Shown piece after piece: positions 23,271-36,784 of a DNA stretch of 55,907 bases (positions are counted from its first letter, which is position 1; each line of letters starts with the position of its first letter). The DNA comes from Octopus bimaculoides (lineage: Eukaryota): the NCBI RefSeq assembly GCF_001194135.2, contig NC_068984.1:82960513-83016419 (forward strand), read 5' to 3'. The position numbers and the translations under genes were made by a program. The notes beneath the pieces were generated by a model. The model had not been told where the DNA came from and did no database searches. It was given only the letters and a program-made list of their open reading frames with translations.

Positions 23271-24927
23271 ATGACATTAAAAACATATCTCCACAATGGT
23301 TTTATTTTTTTTTAATAAGACTGATCAGTGGGTGGAGTTGTCACTATAGTTATTATGAAGAATCCAACTCACTCCCTAATGAATGTTCACATCAAATTCA
23401 ATTTCAGCTAATTTAAATTCCACAGTTATCTTCCCCTACCTCTCTTATCCAATATCTATAATTAAGTTAATGATTTTTTTCCCTCTGTACTATAGATGTA
23501 ATTTACATTGGTTGAAATGTTTTTGACTCACTACATTATGTTAGCACTGAGTTAAATGTTTGTTCTTCATAAAAAAGGCATCCCTAGAAATATCCCTCTG
23601 TCATTCTTTTGTGTCTTCCATATGATTTCCTTCAATCATGTGGATCCATAAAACTGAGCAGTGATAAACCAAAGTGTAATTCGATATTGTATCGTAATTA
23701 ATAAATGAAATTTAGACATAACATTTATCAGCTCTAATTGATCAAAGGTGTATTAGACATTATCCAACATGTTGTTTCTTTTCTTAAGACAGTAGATTGT
23801 ATTTCAAGGGAGATTTGGTGCTATTTCTGGAAAATGAGTAACTCATTACTGCTTCAGTGGCTCATCACTAATTATCATGTAGAACAAAAATATATTTTGA
23901 AGGTGGTGCTCCAGTATGGTCTTAGTTACAATGACAACAACAAAATAAAGGTCTATTGATATGACGACATATGGGATTTATTATTTTGGGAACTGCTATT
24001 GCACCCCACTACCAGCACTACTAGTGAAATTAATGCCATTAAAATTGACTAGTTAATTTCAGAGAATGAATGCCTGGGGTTCTGGGGTGAAAGGACTGGG
24101 CTCTTCAAAGAGCAGAGGCCTTTGAAGTTATCATCATCATCATCATCATCGTCATCATTTAACACCCACTTTCCATGCTGGCATGGGTTGGATGGTTTAA
24201 CTGAAAACTGGTAAGTTGGGGGACTGCACCAAGTTCCAATCTGATTTGGCAAGGTTTCTATGACTGGACACCCTTCCTAACCCCAACCACTCTGAGAATG
24301 TAGTGGGAGTTTTTTACATGCTGCCAGCACAAAACAGAGAGAGAGGAGACAGCATATATATGAACTTGATACAGAAGTATGTTTGTGAGTCACTTGAGGC
24401 CCATCAGTTAACTGGACATCAAGGATATCTCTGTGTGTAGCAGCAGCACCATCCTGGTTATGGGGCAGTACTCTGTTGTGAGTCTCATCTCCCCCCTCTC
24501 TCTCCTCTCCTCTCTCTCCCATCTTTGCTTCCCTTTCTCCAGCAGCCACATCTTGGATGTTCCGTAGGGTCAAGAATGAAGGGTCAAGAATGAAGGGCCG
24601 AGAATGTGTCTATGTCTACTCATGATTACATAAGCACTTAAAATAATCAACAAATGCATGGTACATGTTACCAAACTATACTTGTTCACAAGTAATAACT
24701 ATTGTGCTTTAATGTGAAATAAGCAAAACCTTAAAACACAGTTATCAGTGAAGGAGCTACTACAAGTAATAAAATGTGCCTCTGACATCTTTGAGAAATG
24801 TACAGAGATCACAACCATCTAATTTCTGTACTTTAAAAAATTCTCAGGCTTCATACCTTTGCAAAAAAACAAAAAAATCCTTATTTCATGTCGTGTACCT
24901 TATATCTTATTTTCCCTCCTCTTGCAG

Positions 24928-25061
24928 TGCTTCAGGCTGTTGCCAACAGCAACAGCAGCAGCCATAAGACATTCCAGTGCAGGGGCCAGAGCTGAACCAT
25001 TAGTTCTGAGGAATCTAGAAAATGGCATTCTGACACTGACTCTCAATAATCCACCCAAAAG
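24928..25061 (+). CDS. ECHDC3: ECHDC3 coding exon 2
   Basis: cttgcAG|CFRLLPTATAAAIRHSS...NGILTLTLNNPPK(R)|GTAATA; typical crotonase-fold start. Confidence 0.92.
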
Positions 25062-25108
25062 GTAATAACCACTACATTTAAATACCCTTTCAAATAGATA
25101 CCCATGCT

Positions 25109-25140
<32 letters not shown>

Positions 25141-25829
25141 TTTTACAGGTGTTGTTGTTGTCTTTAACTCCAGATCAGCCCTGTTAGAGCTGACATATGA
25201 GGAAAAGTATTCCAGCTATGATTAACTATACTGTCATTTTAGCAGTATCTACAAAGTAAAGACCCCCTTCGGTCATAATTGACCATGGGATTGCATTTAG
25301 AAAGTTTCCCTCCAAGACACAAGTCCCGGTAAGGTTGTTTACAGAAGACCAGCTGTAGCCCATGCATACCAGCCTCCCCTCTCCATGCCACTGATGTTAT
25401 CCAAGTGAAAGCAAAGGCCAATATAGCTTGGCACCAGTGACATTGCAACTCATTTCTATAGCTGAGTGAAATGGAGCAACTTGAAATAAAGTATCTTGCT
25501 CAAGAGCACAACACGCAGCTTGGTCTGGGACATCGAACTCACAGTCTCATGACTAAGCCTGACGCTCTAACCACTGAGCCATGTGCCTTCATTAGCAGTA
25601 TCTACAACTGCATCTTTATCCAGTGTGTCTTTGATTTAATGGGGCAGTTTTTCATTTGAGGTAGATTACTACTAAATGAATCTGAAGGTTACAGAAACAG
25701 TCATTACAGGAGTAATTGTGATGGAATGGTTAAAAGACAATGAAACAGATTTATAACCCAATGAGGGAGCCTCTATGTGGTCATTTGACATGCAAAATAT
25801 AGCAGCTAAGTTGCATCTAACAAGAACTG

Positions 25830-28800
25830 ATAGGACAGTCTACCTGAACACACCAGAGGATGTGCAGGAAGAGACACAGAGGAGGACAATAATATACAAA
25901 TGTATATCATTTAAAACGTGCAAGATAGAAAGATCCATGCAGGCTCAGGTCCAAAAATGCCTGAGACCTGTATAGAGCATAAAATCTTATGTTGCACTTG
26001 ATAAGAGCTTTGGTACAGTAGAGGAGAGGTTTACAACAGAACAACTGGCCAAAGAAAATTCCATGACAACCCTGGTCGAAGAGTTCTCAGAGTGAAGGTA
26101 GTGGAGGTGCCACCAGAAGTGGACATCTCCTTAATGGCAGCAGCTGTATTATATAGCAGAGAAGAGAAATGTAAAATTCTTGAAACATGGAGACAGAAAA
26201 AATGAAAATTGGTATGGTACTGGGATGGAAATCTTATTGCATGCAGATTTTGTAACTGCACAAGAGATTCCAGATCTCATAAAGCTCCCTGGAAGTTCAA
26301 AGTTATTTGTAGTGGTAGAGGGCAGAAAGGTCAGATGCCACATTTGTGGCCAAACAAACCACTTAAAGGCTTTTTGCCCTTAACCATTAGAAGAGAAAAC
26401 TGCACTGCTGCATACACCTCCAACACAATAACAGCAATAGCAACAGAAGCAACAGTACCAGCAGAGGTAGGTGGTCACTGGAGTAGTGAAAACAACAGCA
26501 ACTGTAGCAGCAACACTAATCACAGCAGCAGCAGCAACAATAACAAAAACAACAGCAAAGAAAATAAACAACTCACCAGCATCTATGCTTTCCACACACC
26601 AACCAGTAACAAAAACAGAAGGTTGGCCTCTGGTAACAACCAGAAGGTTGGCCTCTACTACTCCCCCCCCCCCCCGAAACACTCAGACACATCCTGCACG
26701 GAAGGGGAGGAAGAAGAGCCTAAATGGCAATAAGATACCAAATCTAAAAGAAAAAATGACAACAATTCACCAACTAAAACACAAAAATCTGGCAGGTATG
26801 ATGACAGTGAGCAGACACAACAAAACAAACACATAAACACTTTCCTCATTAGCAACCACACCAGCACCGTCAACAACAACATGCCCATCAGCACCATTAC
26901 CACCACCACAAGCACAACCCAGTTCACACACACAACACACAACTGCACACTCCAACACCAGCAACATACAATCATCAACTACACAGCAATAAACACAAAC
27001 AATAAAGAATTAATGGCACACATATACAACCATACAGACATCACAAACACCGATTTCATCACACCATCAAACACCTCACCACCGCACATAAAATTCCTGC
27101 TAACATCACAAAATACATACAACAAAATAAAAACAAAATATCCTGAAGGAGTTGGGGCCTTCAAGAAAGATATCAACAAAAGACTATACAATGAACTGCT
27201 CGTGGAAACAGCCACAAATAACCATGGGGTTGGAATAACCATCCCCACCTCACCAACCAAATCACAGTAAGTAGCTTTTTCTGCTTCTATACTCCATCCT
27301 TCATGGCCTCGTTTATGATAGGCAGTATAAATGCACGTGGCCTTGGCTCACCTTGGAAACAGGGTCATCTACTCAACGACCTCAGGTCACTGAATGTCAA
27401 TGTGGTGGCCATCAGTGAAACCAGGCTCTCCAACCAAGCATTTATGCCCATTTTCGGTGGATAAGAGATCTTTTTGATCTCCATGCCAGCCGGGAATGGG
27501 AGGTGGAACTGCTGTGTTGTTCCGCAGAGGCCTGGATCTCAAGATAATGACTATCTTCCTGGACCCACAAGGTAAGTTGGTGGTCCTGGATGTGAGCAGT
27601 AGTGACAGGAATGCCTTCAGGCTGGTGACTCTGTTCCAACAGTAGCAGGGCAGCCAGACTTCTTCAGATGCTTGGAAATTTTTCTGGGAACGTGTCTTCC
27701 TTTAGTGCTTATGAATGACTGGAATGCTGTCTTAGAACCACGTTTGGACCATGTGGGGCTAGCAGATAGAGGAGGTGGGTGCAAAAACCTCACAAACCTG
27801 CTCAGATGTTTACAACTGTCTGACAGGTACCAGCTGGATTTCCTGAATGCTCCAGTTTGGGCCTGGTCTAGCCACAGCAGGTCATCCAGGTCGTATTTGA
27901 ATAGAATTTCCTGTAGGCCAGTAGATAGGAATAATGTAAGTTGTCCACTTTTCAAAATCATTGCTGACACAGACTACAAATTTGTGACCTGTATGGTTGA
28001 CTTAGAGTACATAGGCAAGGACCCAGTTACCGGAAGTTGAACGCCTCATTCCTGGCATGCCAAGTTTACAGAGACTGGATTAATGAATTAGTTAAGTGAG
28101 CATTAACGGGGTCATTACTTAATAAATGGTGGTATGCCCTGAAAAGGGCAATTAGAATAGAGTCGATTCGGTTTAGCAAGATTCTAGGAATAGAAAAATA
28201 TAAAATAGAAGGAAAACTAGTTAGGGACTTAGAAGAGGTGCTTAGGAGAGGCATTGCAACCAATGTGCAGGTAGCAAGATTGGTCCTCGACCAGTTCTTT
28301 AACGCTAAGCACGAAGGATGCATTGTCAGAGCTAAGACACATGTTCTAAGAAATGAGGGAATTAAAGCTGCTCAATGGATCTGAGTGGCAGAGGCTCAAC
28401 ATGGCAACAAAACCACAATTTGGTCTCTGGTGGACCCAGGTGGGTGCATGATACTTGAGCATGAGCGGATGTGTGTAGCATTTCAGCGGCATTTTGCCCA
28501 ACTGTTTAGGACAAGTGGCAATCTGGAATGCAGGATGGACTTAAGTGCCTACCTCGATGGCATGCCATGACTCTCATCAAGTAGGGTGTGACATAACAAA
28601 ATGTTGATAACAGCTATCGAAATACAAGATGTGATAATGGGCTGCACGGGGCGCAAATGACCTGGTTTGGATAGTCTACACAATGAGCTTTACTATTATA
28701 TACCAGATTTGTTTGGCGACCTCTTAGCAGACATCTACCACAACTGGCAGCAGAATGGTAGAATTCTTAGTGCTGTGAGACAAAGAGTGGTGGCACTGCT

Positions 28801-30010
28801 GAGAAAGGACCCAGGGGTGGCGAATACTTATATCACATCCATCATCTATTACCATCTGACTGTCGTGCCTTGCCCTGAGTCACGTTTGAACAAGTTAGAG
28901 TGTATACTCTTTCACTTTCTGTGAAAGGGGTGTATTCCTCTTGTCAGACAGTCCATCTGCTGTCAACAGCTGCTGAATAGAGGGCTGGGCATGCCATGGT
29001 TGCTGATGCGCAGGTATGTGCTGAGGCTGCGGCATCTCCAGTGTTTCCTTGATGGTGAGTCGGTGAGGTCACCTTTTGCCAGATGAATTTTCCTCAACTC
29101 ATCTCCTTAATGGAATTACAATCCTGGGTCAAGCTGAGACCAAGTGAGGCGAGTGGTACCTTGTGTGTCGACACACCCTCTTAGTCCACTACTAGTCGGG
29201 CAATGTGGTCGGTGGAAATTCTATCTTGGTGTTCTACAGGGGATTAGTGGAGAATAGGTGCTTCAATGAGGAACAACTGGCTGATCTTTTCTGGAGGACT
29301 TTCCGGTTGGGGCCTATGAATAACTTCCAGAAATCCCTGGCCTGGCAATGCTACCAGGGAGCATTGCTTGTTCGGGATAAACTCCATAGGCATTGAAGTG
29401 CCGTCAATCAGAGCTACCCAAGATGCACACAGAGCAATGATACCATTCTGCACACACTCATCCAGTGCTCAACAATTTCTGGCATATGAGTTTATGTTGA
29501 GCAATTAATGTTGCATGTCACATGAATCTAGCTATCAATCGAGTCTATTATTAAGACTGTTCCACTCTCTTCCTTTGGTTGGGAAGGCTGGGAAGTTTTC
29601 ACCTGTCTGGTGCTCATGGCAAAAGAGGTTGTGTGGTGGACAAGCCTGAAAGGGCTGAAGACAGGCACTTTCCTCTCTGGTGAATCTCTGATCAACTTTT
29701 TCAGGTTCCACTTGAAGAGGCAGATCAGAGCAGAGAGGGAGTGCTTCCTTCTCACAAATTTATTGAAAGGTGGATGTGAGTGGCCAGCATGGTTTGTGTG
29801 AATGGGCCAGCTCTGAGCATGTGCTTCTGATTGGAGTAAAAGAGAGAGGCAGCACTTGCCTAAGTGGTCAGGGAAACTGTGATTTTCTGTGGGATTTGCA
29901 TGCTCATCCCTTGAAAGTCTTCCTCCGCCACCCATTGGGGAACCATTGGGGAATTGTAATTGTTTAACTTTATTATTCATTTTTGTTATTGTTTTATACG
30001 GTTACAGGTA
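25830..30010 (+). mobile_element. Tx1/L1-like LINE, decayed, RT core deleted, sense orientation in ECHDC3 intron 2
   Basis: ORF1 CCHC knuckle CHICGQTNHLKAFC; ORF2 from ATG 27303 MASFMIGSINARGL...AISETRL...NDWNAVL...SYLNRI (APE endonuclease); PGLDSL..VALLRKDP; C-terminal CPRC-like zinc finger. Ends are approximate. Confidence 0.85.
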
Positions 30011-30328
30011 AAGCCCGTCTGTTTGTGCCTTTGTATTTGCATTTCCGTGTGTTCTATGTAGGCCCATGTAGCCATTACAGAAAACATTATTATTATTAAT
30101 AATAATGATGATAAATACACTTTCTTCTCTAGGCACAAGGCCTGAAATTTTGGGGGAGAAGCTAAGTCGATTATATCAACCCCAGTATTCAACTAATACT
30201 TATTTTATCAATCTTGAAGGATGAAAGGCAAGTTGACCTCAGCAGAGTTTGAGCTCAGAACAAGAAGACAAATGAAATGCCACTAAGCATTTTGCCTATT
30301 GTGCTAAAGATTCTGCCAGGCTCACTGC

Positions 30329-30470
<142 letters not shown>

Positions 30471-30839
30471 ATTTTTTTGGCTATAAGCAACAAGGCTGTA
30501 ATTTTAAGAGGGTGGGGATTAATCAATTACATCAACTCCAGAGTTCAACTGGTACTTACTTTATCGACCCCGGTGGAGGAATTTGAACCCAGAATGTAAA
30601 GTCAGATGGAACACTGCTAAACATTTTGCCTTGCACAGTAACAGTTCTGCCAGCTCACCATCCTAATGATAATAATTATAATAATAATAATAATCTTCTT
30701 TATATCATTCCAATTTTAGTATATGTACTGCTGAAGCTAGTACAATAATAATAATGATGATGACGATGATGATGATAACAAACTTTGATGCCATATTTAA
30801 CTGTATCTTTTTCTGTGTTCTCTTTCATGTCGATCTCAG

Positions 30840-30981
30840 AAATGCTTTGTCTTCTGCCATGTTGTTAAATCTTCATAAAGAACTGAAGTCCTGCAGCAAT
30901 GACGATAATGTAAGGGTTGTACTGCTAACATCTAAAGGTGATGTTTTTTCATCAGGACATGATCTCAAAGAACTAGTTATT
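30840..30981 (+). CDS. ECHDC3: ECHDC3 coding exon 3
   Basis: ctcAG|(R)NALSSAMLLNL...VFSSGHDLKEL(VI)|GTAAGT; contains the FSSGHDLKE oxyanion motif. An alternative in-frame donor lies at 30976. Confidence 0.95.
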
Positions 30982-31525
30982 GTAAGTCTTCAAAACAAAC
31001 ACTTATTTTAATTTACTTTATTTTATTTTCATTTTATTTTATTTTTTTGTAATGTTTTATGTTACTGTTTGACACAACTGGTGAACTGTGTTATCATTAG
31101 TAACATTCGGTCATAACTTGGTGTGATTATCTTAACATATCATGTGAGGTCATGTGGATGTTATGGTTGTGTATGATAGCGAGCAGATAATTTCAAAATA
31201 ATGTTGTTGCTGTTTAGTATACTAGGATAGTTCTGTTCTGCTTGAGCTATTCCACTCCATACATGTTACCATTCAAAGACTTTTTAGCAACTTTACATGT
31301 TTAACCCTTTAACATTCAGATTATACTGACAAATGTAATGCTTATTTATTCACATTTCTTAAAAATTAATCATGTATAATCTTTTGGCTTAGAGATTTTG
31401 AAGATGTAATTGTTTATTTTTAGAATGACATTGTAGGGTAGGTATGAGATGCTGGATATGGTTAGTTTGAATATAGAATGGGTAGACTATTTGGGCTGGA
31501 TATGACCTGTTTAAATGTTAAAGGG

Positions 31526-31527
<2 letters not shown>

Positions 31528-31596
<69 letters not shown>

Positions 31597-31630
31597 CATA
31601 CATACAGAGAGAGAGTGAGAGAGAGAGAGA
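31528..31630 (+). repeat. (TA)n then (GA)n microsatellite
   Basis: Direct reading. Confidence 0.95.
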
Positions 31631-32202
31631 TGAGGAAGTTTACAATGAGAAAAACATAAGAGACAGATAGACAGGGGTACATAGACAGATGTGCTTGTCT
31701 CCTGTGACTGACTAGCACTACATGTCATATCAAGAGAGAGAGGAATGACCAGCATGTGAGAGAGATATACATATACTCAGAGAGAGTGAGAGAGAGTGTG
31801 GTAAATATATATAGAGAGATGAATAGACTGAAGTAGACAGACAGACAGTTATAAGATGCAGCACTCACACATACAAATGTACACACACTCAGGTAACCAT
31901 CAGTTTAAGATGGCAGCTTCTAATGACATTGAATATTGGTGATCTGGAAGTTGAGTTATTTGTTGTAGCAAATTATATTTTTTGATTACTAATAACCAAA
32001 AGACTTCTTGGGACGTAGATTTCAGAAATCAAATCTGGTTTTCTCTAGAACACATTGTTTCAAAGCCTTTCAGTGACACACATATAAACACACACACAAA
32101 CTCTAATTTATATAGTAGATGTGTGTGTGTGTGTGTGTGTGTTATTTAGATGAAAGGCTAACTTTCATTAAAGTAGGACATTGTTAATAATATTGACCCT
32201 TG

Positions 32203-32433
32203 AGCGGGGAGCTGGTAGAATCGTTAGCATGCCCAGCGAAGTGCTTAGCGGTATTTTGTCTGCCGTTATGTTCTGAGTTCAAATTCCACCAAGGTCAACT
32301 TTGCCTTTCATCCTTTCGGGGTCAATTAAATAAGTACCAGTTACGCACTGGGGTCGATGTTATCGACTTAATCCCTTTGTCTGTCCTTGTTTGTCCCCTC
32401 TATGTTTAGCCCCTTGTGGGCAATAAAGGAATA
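32203..32433 (+). mobile_element. SINE family B with 14-bp TSD
   Basis: TSD AATATTGACCCTTG at 32189-32202 and 32434-32447. Confidence 0.88.
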
Positions 32434-32636
32434 AATATTGACCCTTGTCAATATAGCTTTCCAGATCCTTTCATGACTTAGTGTTTCCATGCTTTTGGTT
32501 CAGTGCTCTGTTGTCAGGAGACCAACAATCTATCTTCCAATATCTAAATCTCAAATACTGTTAGTTGCTGAAACTATGAAAAACTTTTTTGTTTGTGTGT
32601 GTATTTATATATACATATTTTTCTTATTTTTATTAG

Positions 32637-32708
32637 ACAGATGACAAATCAAAGACTAAACAAATTGAGATTTTCAAGTCATGCTCTGAAGTTATGTGTA
32701 TGATACAG
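32637..32708 (+). CDS. ECHDC3: ECHDC3 coding exon 4
   Basis: tattAG|TDDKSKTKQIEIFKSCSEVMCMIQ|GTCAGT, phase 0/0. Confidence 0.92.
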
Positions 32709-32908
32709 GTCAGTGTCATTTTCATAGCTACACACTATCAACATCAGTACCATCACTATCATCATCATAACTAAAACTGTAACTTCTGCTATATTCATTG
32801 ATATCATCACCATTATTTTCATTCTCATCATCATCATGAATGTCAGTATCACTTTCACTACATCACCACACCTCCTCCTCCTTCATGTTGTTTCATCATC
32901 TTAATTGT

Positions 32909-33198
32909 TGTAAAGAATGAAAAGTTTCAAATGGTACAACAATGCACTATAATACAAAAATGGACTATATACCTGTTGTAATTTAGTTATCTATAGTCCG
33001 ATGATATTTCGGAATACAATTCCTTCTTCAGATATTCTTCGATAGAGTCTCTGCTATAAACCCATCGAAGAATATCTGAAGAAGGAATTGTATTCCGAAA
33101 TATCATCGGACTATAGATAACTAAATTACAACAGGTATATGGTCCATTTTTGTATTATAGTGCATTGTTGTACCATTCGAAACTTTTCATTGTTTACA
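32909..33198. repeat. Near-perfect inverted repeat, 135-bp arms, 20-nt loop
   Basis: 32909-33043 vs 33064-33198, with only three non-Watson-Crick positions found. Confidence 0.97.
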
Positions 33199-33463
33199 GA
33201 CAATACACAATGCTTCAAGCGAACTACAATACTCTCTTAATTGTTGTGGTTATCCCAACAGAAGTTCAATGTTGTAATTTTACTTGAAATGGCAGAATTG
33301 TTGTAACATGAATTCACCTAAATTTGAAATTTTTGCACAGGATACTTTACTGGCAGTGATGTGGGGTGATTATTGTCACAAGACAAATGCTGTATTGAAC
33401 CTTCTACTCTAACTTACATGCAACACTAAAATAAACAACTGAATCCTTGTTTCTGGGCACATA

Positions 33464-33863
33464 TACTCTTTTACGCTTTTACTTGTTTCAGTCATTTGAC
33501 TGCGGCCATGCTGGAGCACCGCCTTTAGTCGAGCAAATCAACCCCAGGACTTATTCTTTGGAAGCCTAGTACTTATTCTATCGGTCTTTTGCCAAACCGC
33601 TAAGTTACGGGGACGTAAACACACCAGCATCGGTTGTCAAGTGATGTTGGGGGGACAAACACAGACACATAAACATATACACGCACATATATATACATAT
33701 ATACGACGGGCTTCTTTCAGTTTCCATCTACCAAATCCACTCATAAGGCTTTGGTTGGCCCGAAGCTATAGTAGTAGACACTTGCCCAAGGTGCCACGCA
33801 GTGGGACTGAACCCAGAACCATGTGGTTGGTAAGCAAGCTACTTTCCACACAGCCACTCCTGC
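33464..33863 (-). mobile_element. tRNA-derived SINE family A, full length
   Basis: Reverse-complement homolog of 5593-5980. Confidence 0.85.
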
Positions 33864-34473
33864 GTTTTCAAAATAAACCATGCCAAGATTATACCATGAT
33901 ATGGAAAGAACACTATAATGATGATGATGGTGATGACAACAACAACGGCAATGGCAATGGTGACAACAACAATTAATTTCATTTAATGAATTTTCAACAA
34001 ATACAACTTAATGAATATACGATGTGTTCTGGTGGAATGTTTCACTCTTTTGGTTCCTATTTTTCTCACCCTTCAACAATGTCTAGTATTGCCATAAATG
34101 ATGAAATTAGTTGTGATTTGTACGCTTCTATCTCAGAACAGCTACCTCAATATTTTGTAACAAGAGGTAGAAAAACTAGTTTGCCATTCTTATCTACGAA
34201 TATTTTCTTGAGTGAGCTTAATATGATGAATTTACCATCTTAGGTGAGTGTGCAGCACATACCTACACATATGCATATATACACTCTTGCTGACTTTGTC
34301 ATCAAAATGTACGTCATATACTTTTTCTTTCTCTGTTTTAATTAATTTTTTTTTATATATTCATTACATCGAAAATAACTTTATTTTTTCTTTTAAATTT
34401 TTTTGATGAATATTTTTGTTAACTTGATTAATATGTAACTGATATTTCTTTTCCCTACTCCTCCCTTTTCTAG

Positions 34474-34507
34474 GACATGGCAGTACCAGTAATTGCTCAA
34501 GTTAGTG
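34474..34507 (+). CDS. ECHDC3: ECHDC3 coding exon 5
   Basis: ttttctAG|DMAVPVIAQVS(G)|GTCAGT, phase 0/1. Confidence 0.92.
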
Positions 34508-35565
34508 GTCAGTATTCATTATTCTGTCCCACTTTATACCATCATCATCCTCATCATGAATGTTTTAAGTAGGGAGTGGTCTTAGAGTGGACCTTCCTCC
34601 TGATACAGCTCACCTCTTAATGTTCTCATTGCCCATGGACAATGTCCTTCCACATCTGCTGGTTTTAGTCAAATGTTTACCATTGTTAATGGTTATCTTT
34701 ATTTTCTCCAGTTTTTTTAATATCATTATCAGAAGGATTTCTCAACACTTTTTTGTGTACTTTCTGTTATTGTAGCCTGAGATGTGTAAGTAATTTGGAT
34801 GGTAAGTTTCAATGATTCATTAAATCATGTGGCCATTTCAGTTATATTATTGTCTCTGTATTAATTCATAAATGTTTGGTTAGGAAATATAAGTTTGCTA
34901 AATAGGATAATTTCAGAGACTGTTACTCTATAGTAGTTTGATATTCAGTAAAGATATCTCTTGTGAAATAAATACACAATGCTAAGAAGACACTTGCTTA
35001 AGGTGTCACACTGGGACCAAACTCTGAGCCACACATTTGTGAAGAGAATGCTTAACCACACACTTATGCCTGCACTCATGTACACATTCTGGAAATAGCT
35101 GATCTACCTTTAAGAATAAGAAATATGCAATATATGTAGAAGTATTTATAATAATTAACAACCAAGGGAAATTTTGTCTGTTAGAAAAGCTGGCATGTCT
35201 AATTTATCTTTGAATCAATTAACCCTTTCAATAGTTAATTGGTGTTGAGATGTTGAAATTACATTGTAGAACAAGAAAATTGTTATCTGTGCAAACTGAA
35301 GGTTTGTAATGGTTTGGCTGGTGGCAATGAAAATGTCCAAGACAACCAAAAGATGTCCAGAAGTTGCAGCAGGTTGCTGGAATCGAGGTTTGTGAGGGTC
35401 TGCCAGGTTGCCTACCTTTCAAGCAAGTTTTTCATTTGGCATTTCTATCTCCTAGAAGGACAGCCTGTCAGGGCTAATGAGCTCCATCTGCTCATGACCA
35501 GGGCTGTTTCTGAATGTTCTTCCACCATCTCACCAAAGGGATCTCTATGTCTTCATCCACCAATT

Positions 35566-35599
<34 letters not shown>

Positions 35600-35808
35600 T
35601 AAAACTAAAAAAATAAGTAAATAAAAAAAAAGGAATATAAAAAAAAGATTGAGATTGCTAGGTTAATGTATTTTGATTATATTAGTTTTATGTTTTGAAC
35701 AAAGCAAGTAGACTGAATAAATTGCTAATTCTATTGAAGAGAAGTGAAAATGTTCTTTCTCTTAGCTTTGTTTTAACTTCCTTTTTTTGTTACAACTCTA
35801 TATTTCAG

Positions 35809-35893
35809 GTTTGGCTACGGCAGCTGGCTGTCAGCTTGTAGCATCATGTGATATTGCCATAGCTTCAGAAAAAGCCAAGTTTGCTGTACCTGG
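35809..35893 (+). CDS. ECHDC3: ECHDC3 coding exon 6
   Basis: tttcAG|(G)[27 protein letters not shown](G)|GTAAGT; [13 protein letters not shown] is characteristic of ECHDC3. Confidence 0.97.
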
Positions 35894-36373
35894 GTAAGTC
35901 ATTCTGTTTTAATCTATAATTCTTCATTTTTTTCCTTTTATTTGTTATATATTTTTCATTCTTTCTTGTCAAATATAGACAAATCTTTTGTTCTTTCCTT
36001 GTCTCTTACTGGTTTTGGTTATTGAACACTGGCTATGTTGAGATACTGCCTTCAAAAATATTGTTAGTTGTATTGACTCCAGTACAAGACAGGCTTATTC
36101 TATCAAATTCAGAATTCAGAAAGGCATATTTGAACTCAAGATATTTTATCTGCATCATATTTTCCTTTATTAGGTGGTTGGCATCTAACCATAAAATTAT
36201 CTTATTTTAATAAAACCCTTGATTCAGACAGTGATTATAGAAAATTTGTTTTATGGGTTGGAAAGTGTAAAAAATAGGAAAAAAAATATCTTGGGTCTTA
36301 CTAGTTGCATTGACCACACACTTAAATTTTTGGAGAGACATGATCAGGTGTAGGTATGGTTGTGGTGTGTGTG

Positions 36374-36422
<49 letters not shown>

Positions 36423-36674
36423 AATAGAGGAGGAAGGGAAATAAAAAAAGTAAGTGGAAGACGAGTCAGTTCTCAAAGTGAGGTAAAAATAAAAGAAATG
36501 CTTGCAGATTTGAAGCACAATTAGAAGTGTGGAGGTAATGTCAAAGAAACAGTATTATAACATTGTATCAAAATTATATGAGTATTGTATTGTATTTTGC
36601 ATTGTGTGAACATATAACACCTTTCTGGAGATTTTTGTTTTATTTATATTTATTTACTTATTTATTTTTTGCAG

Positions 36675-36784
36675 AGTAAATATTGGCCTCTTTTGTACAA
36701 CTCCTGGTGTAGCGCTTGGCCGGGCTGTTCCTCGCAAGGTTGCTATGGAAATGCTTCTCACTGGACAACCAATATCAGCTGATG
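36675..36784 (+). CDS. ECHDC3: ECHDC3 coding exon 7
   Basis: ttgcAG|[36 protein letters not shown]|GTAAAT. Confidence 0.97.

Noticed and set aside
24567-24606. 14-bp unit repeated about 3 times (also a roughly 33-bp pair near 45385-45445); CRISPR-like?
   Set aside because: Plain tandem duplications without spacers in a eukaryotic context.
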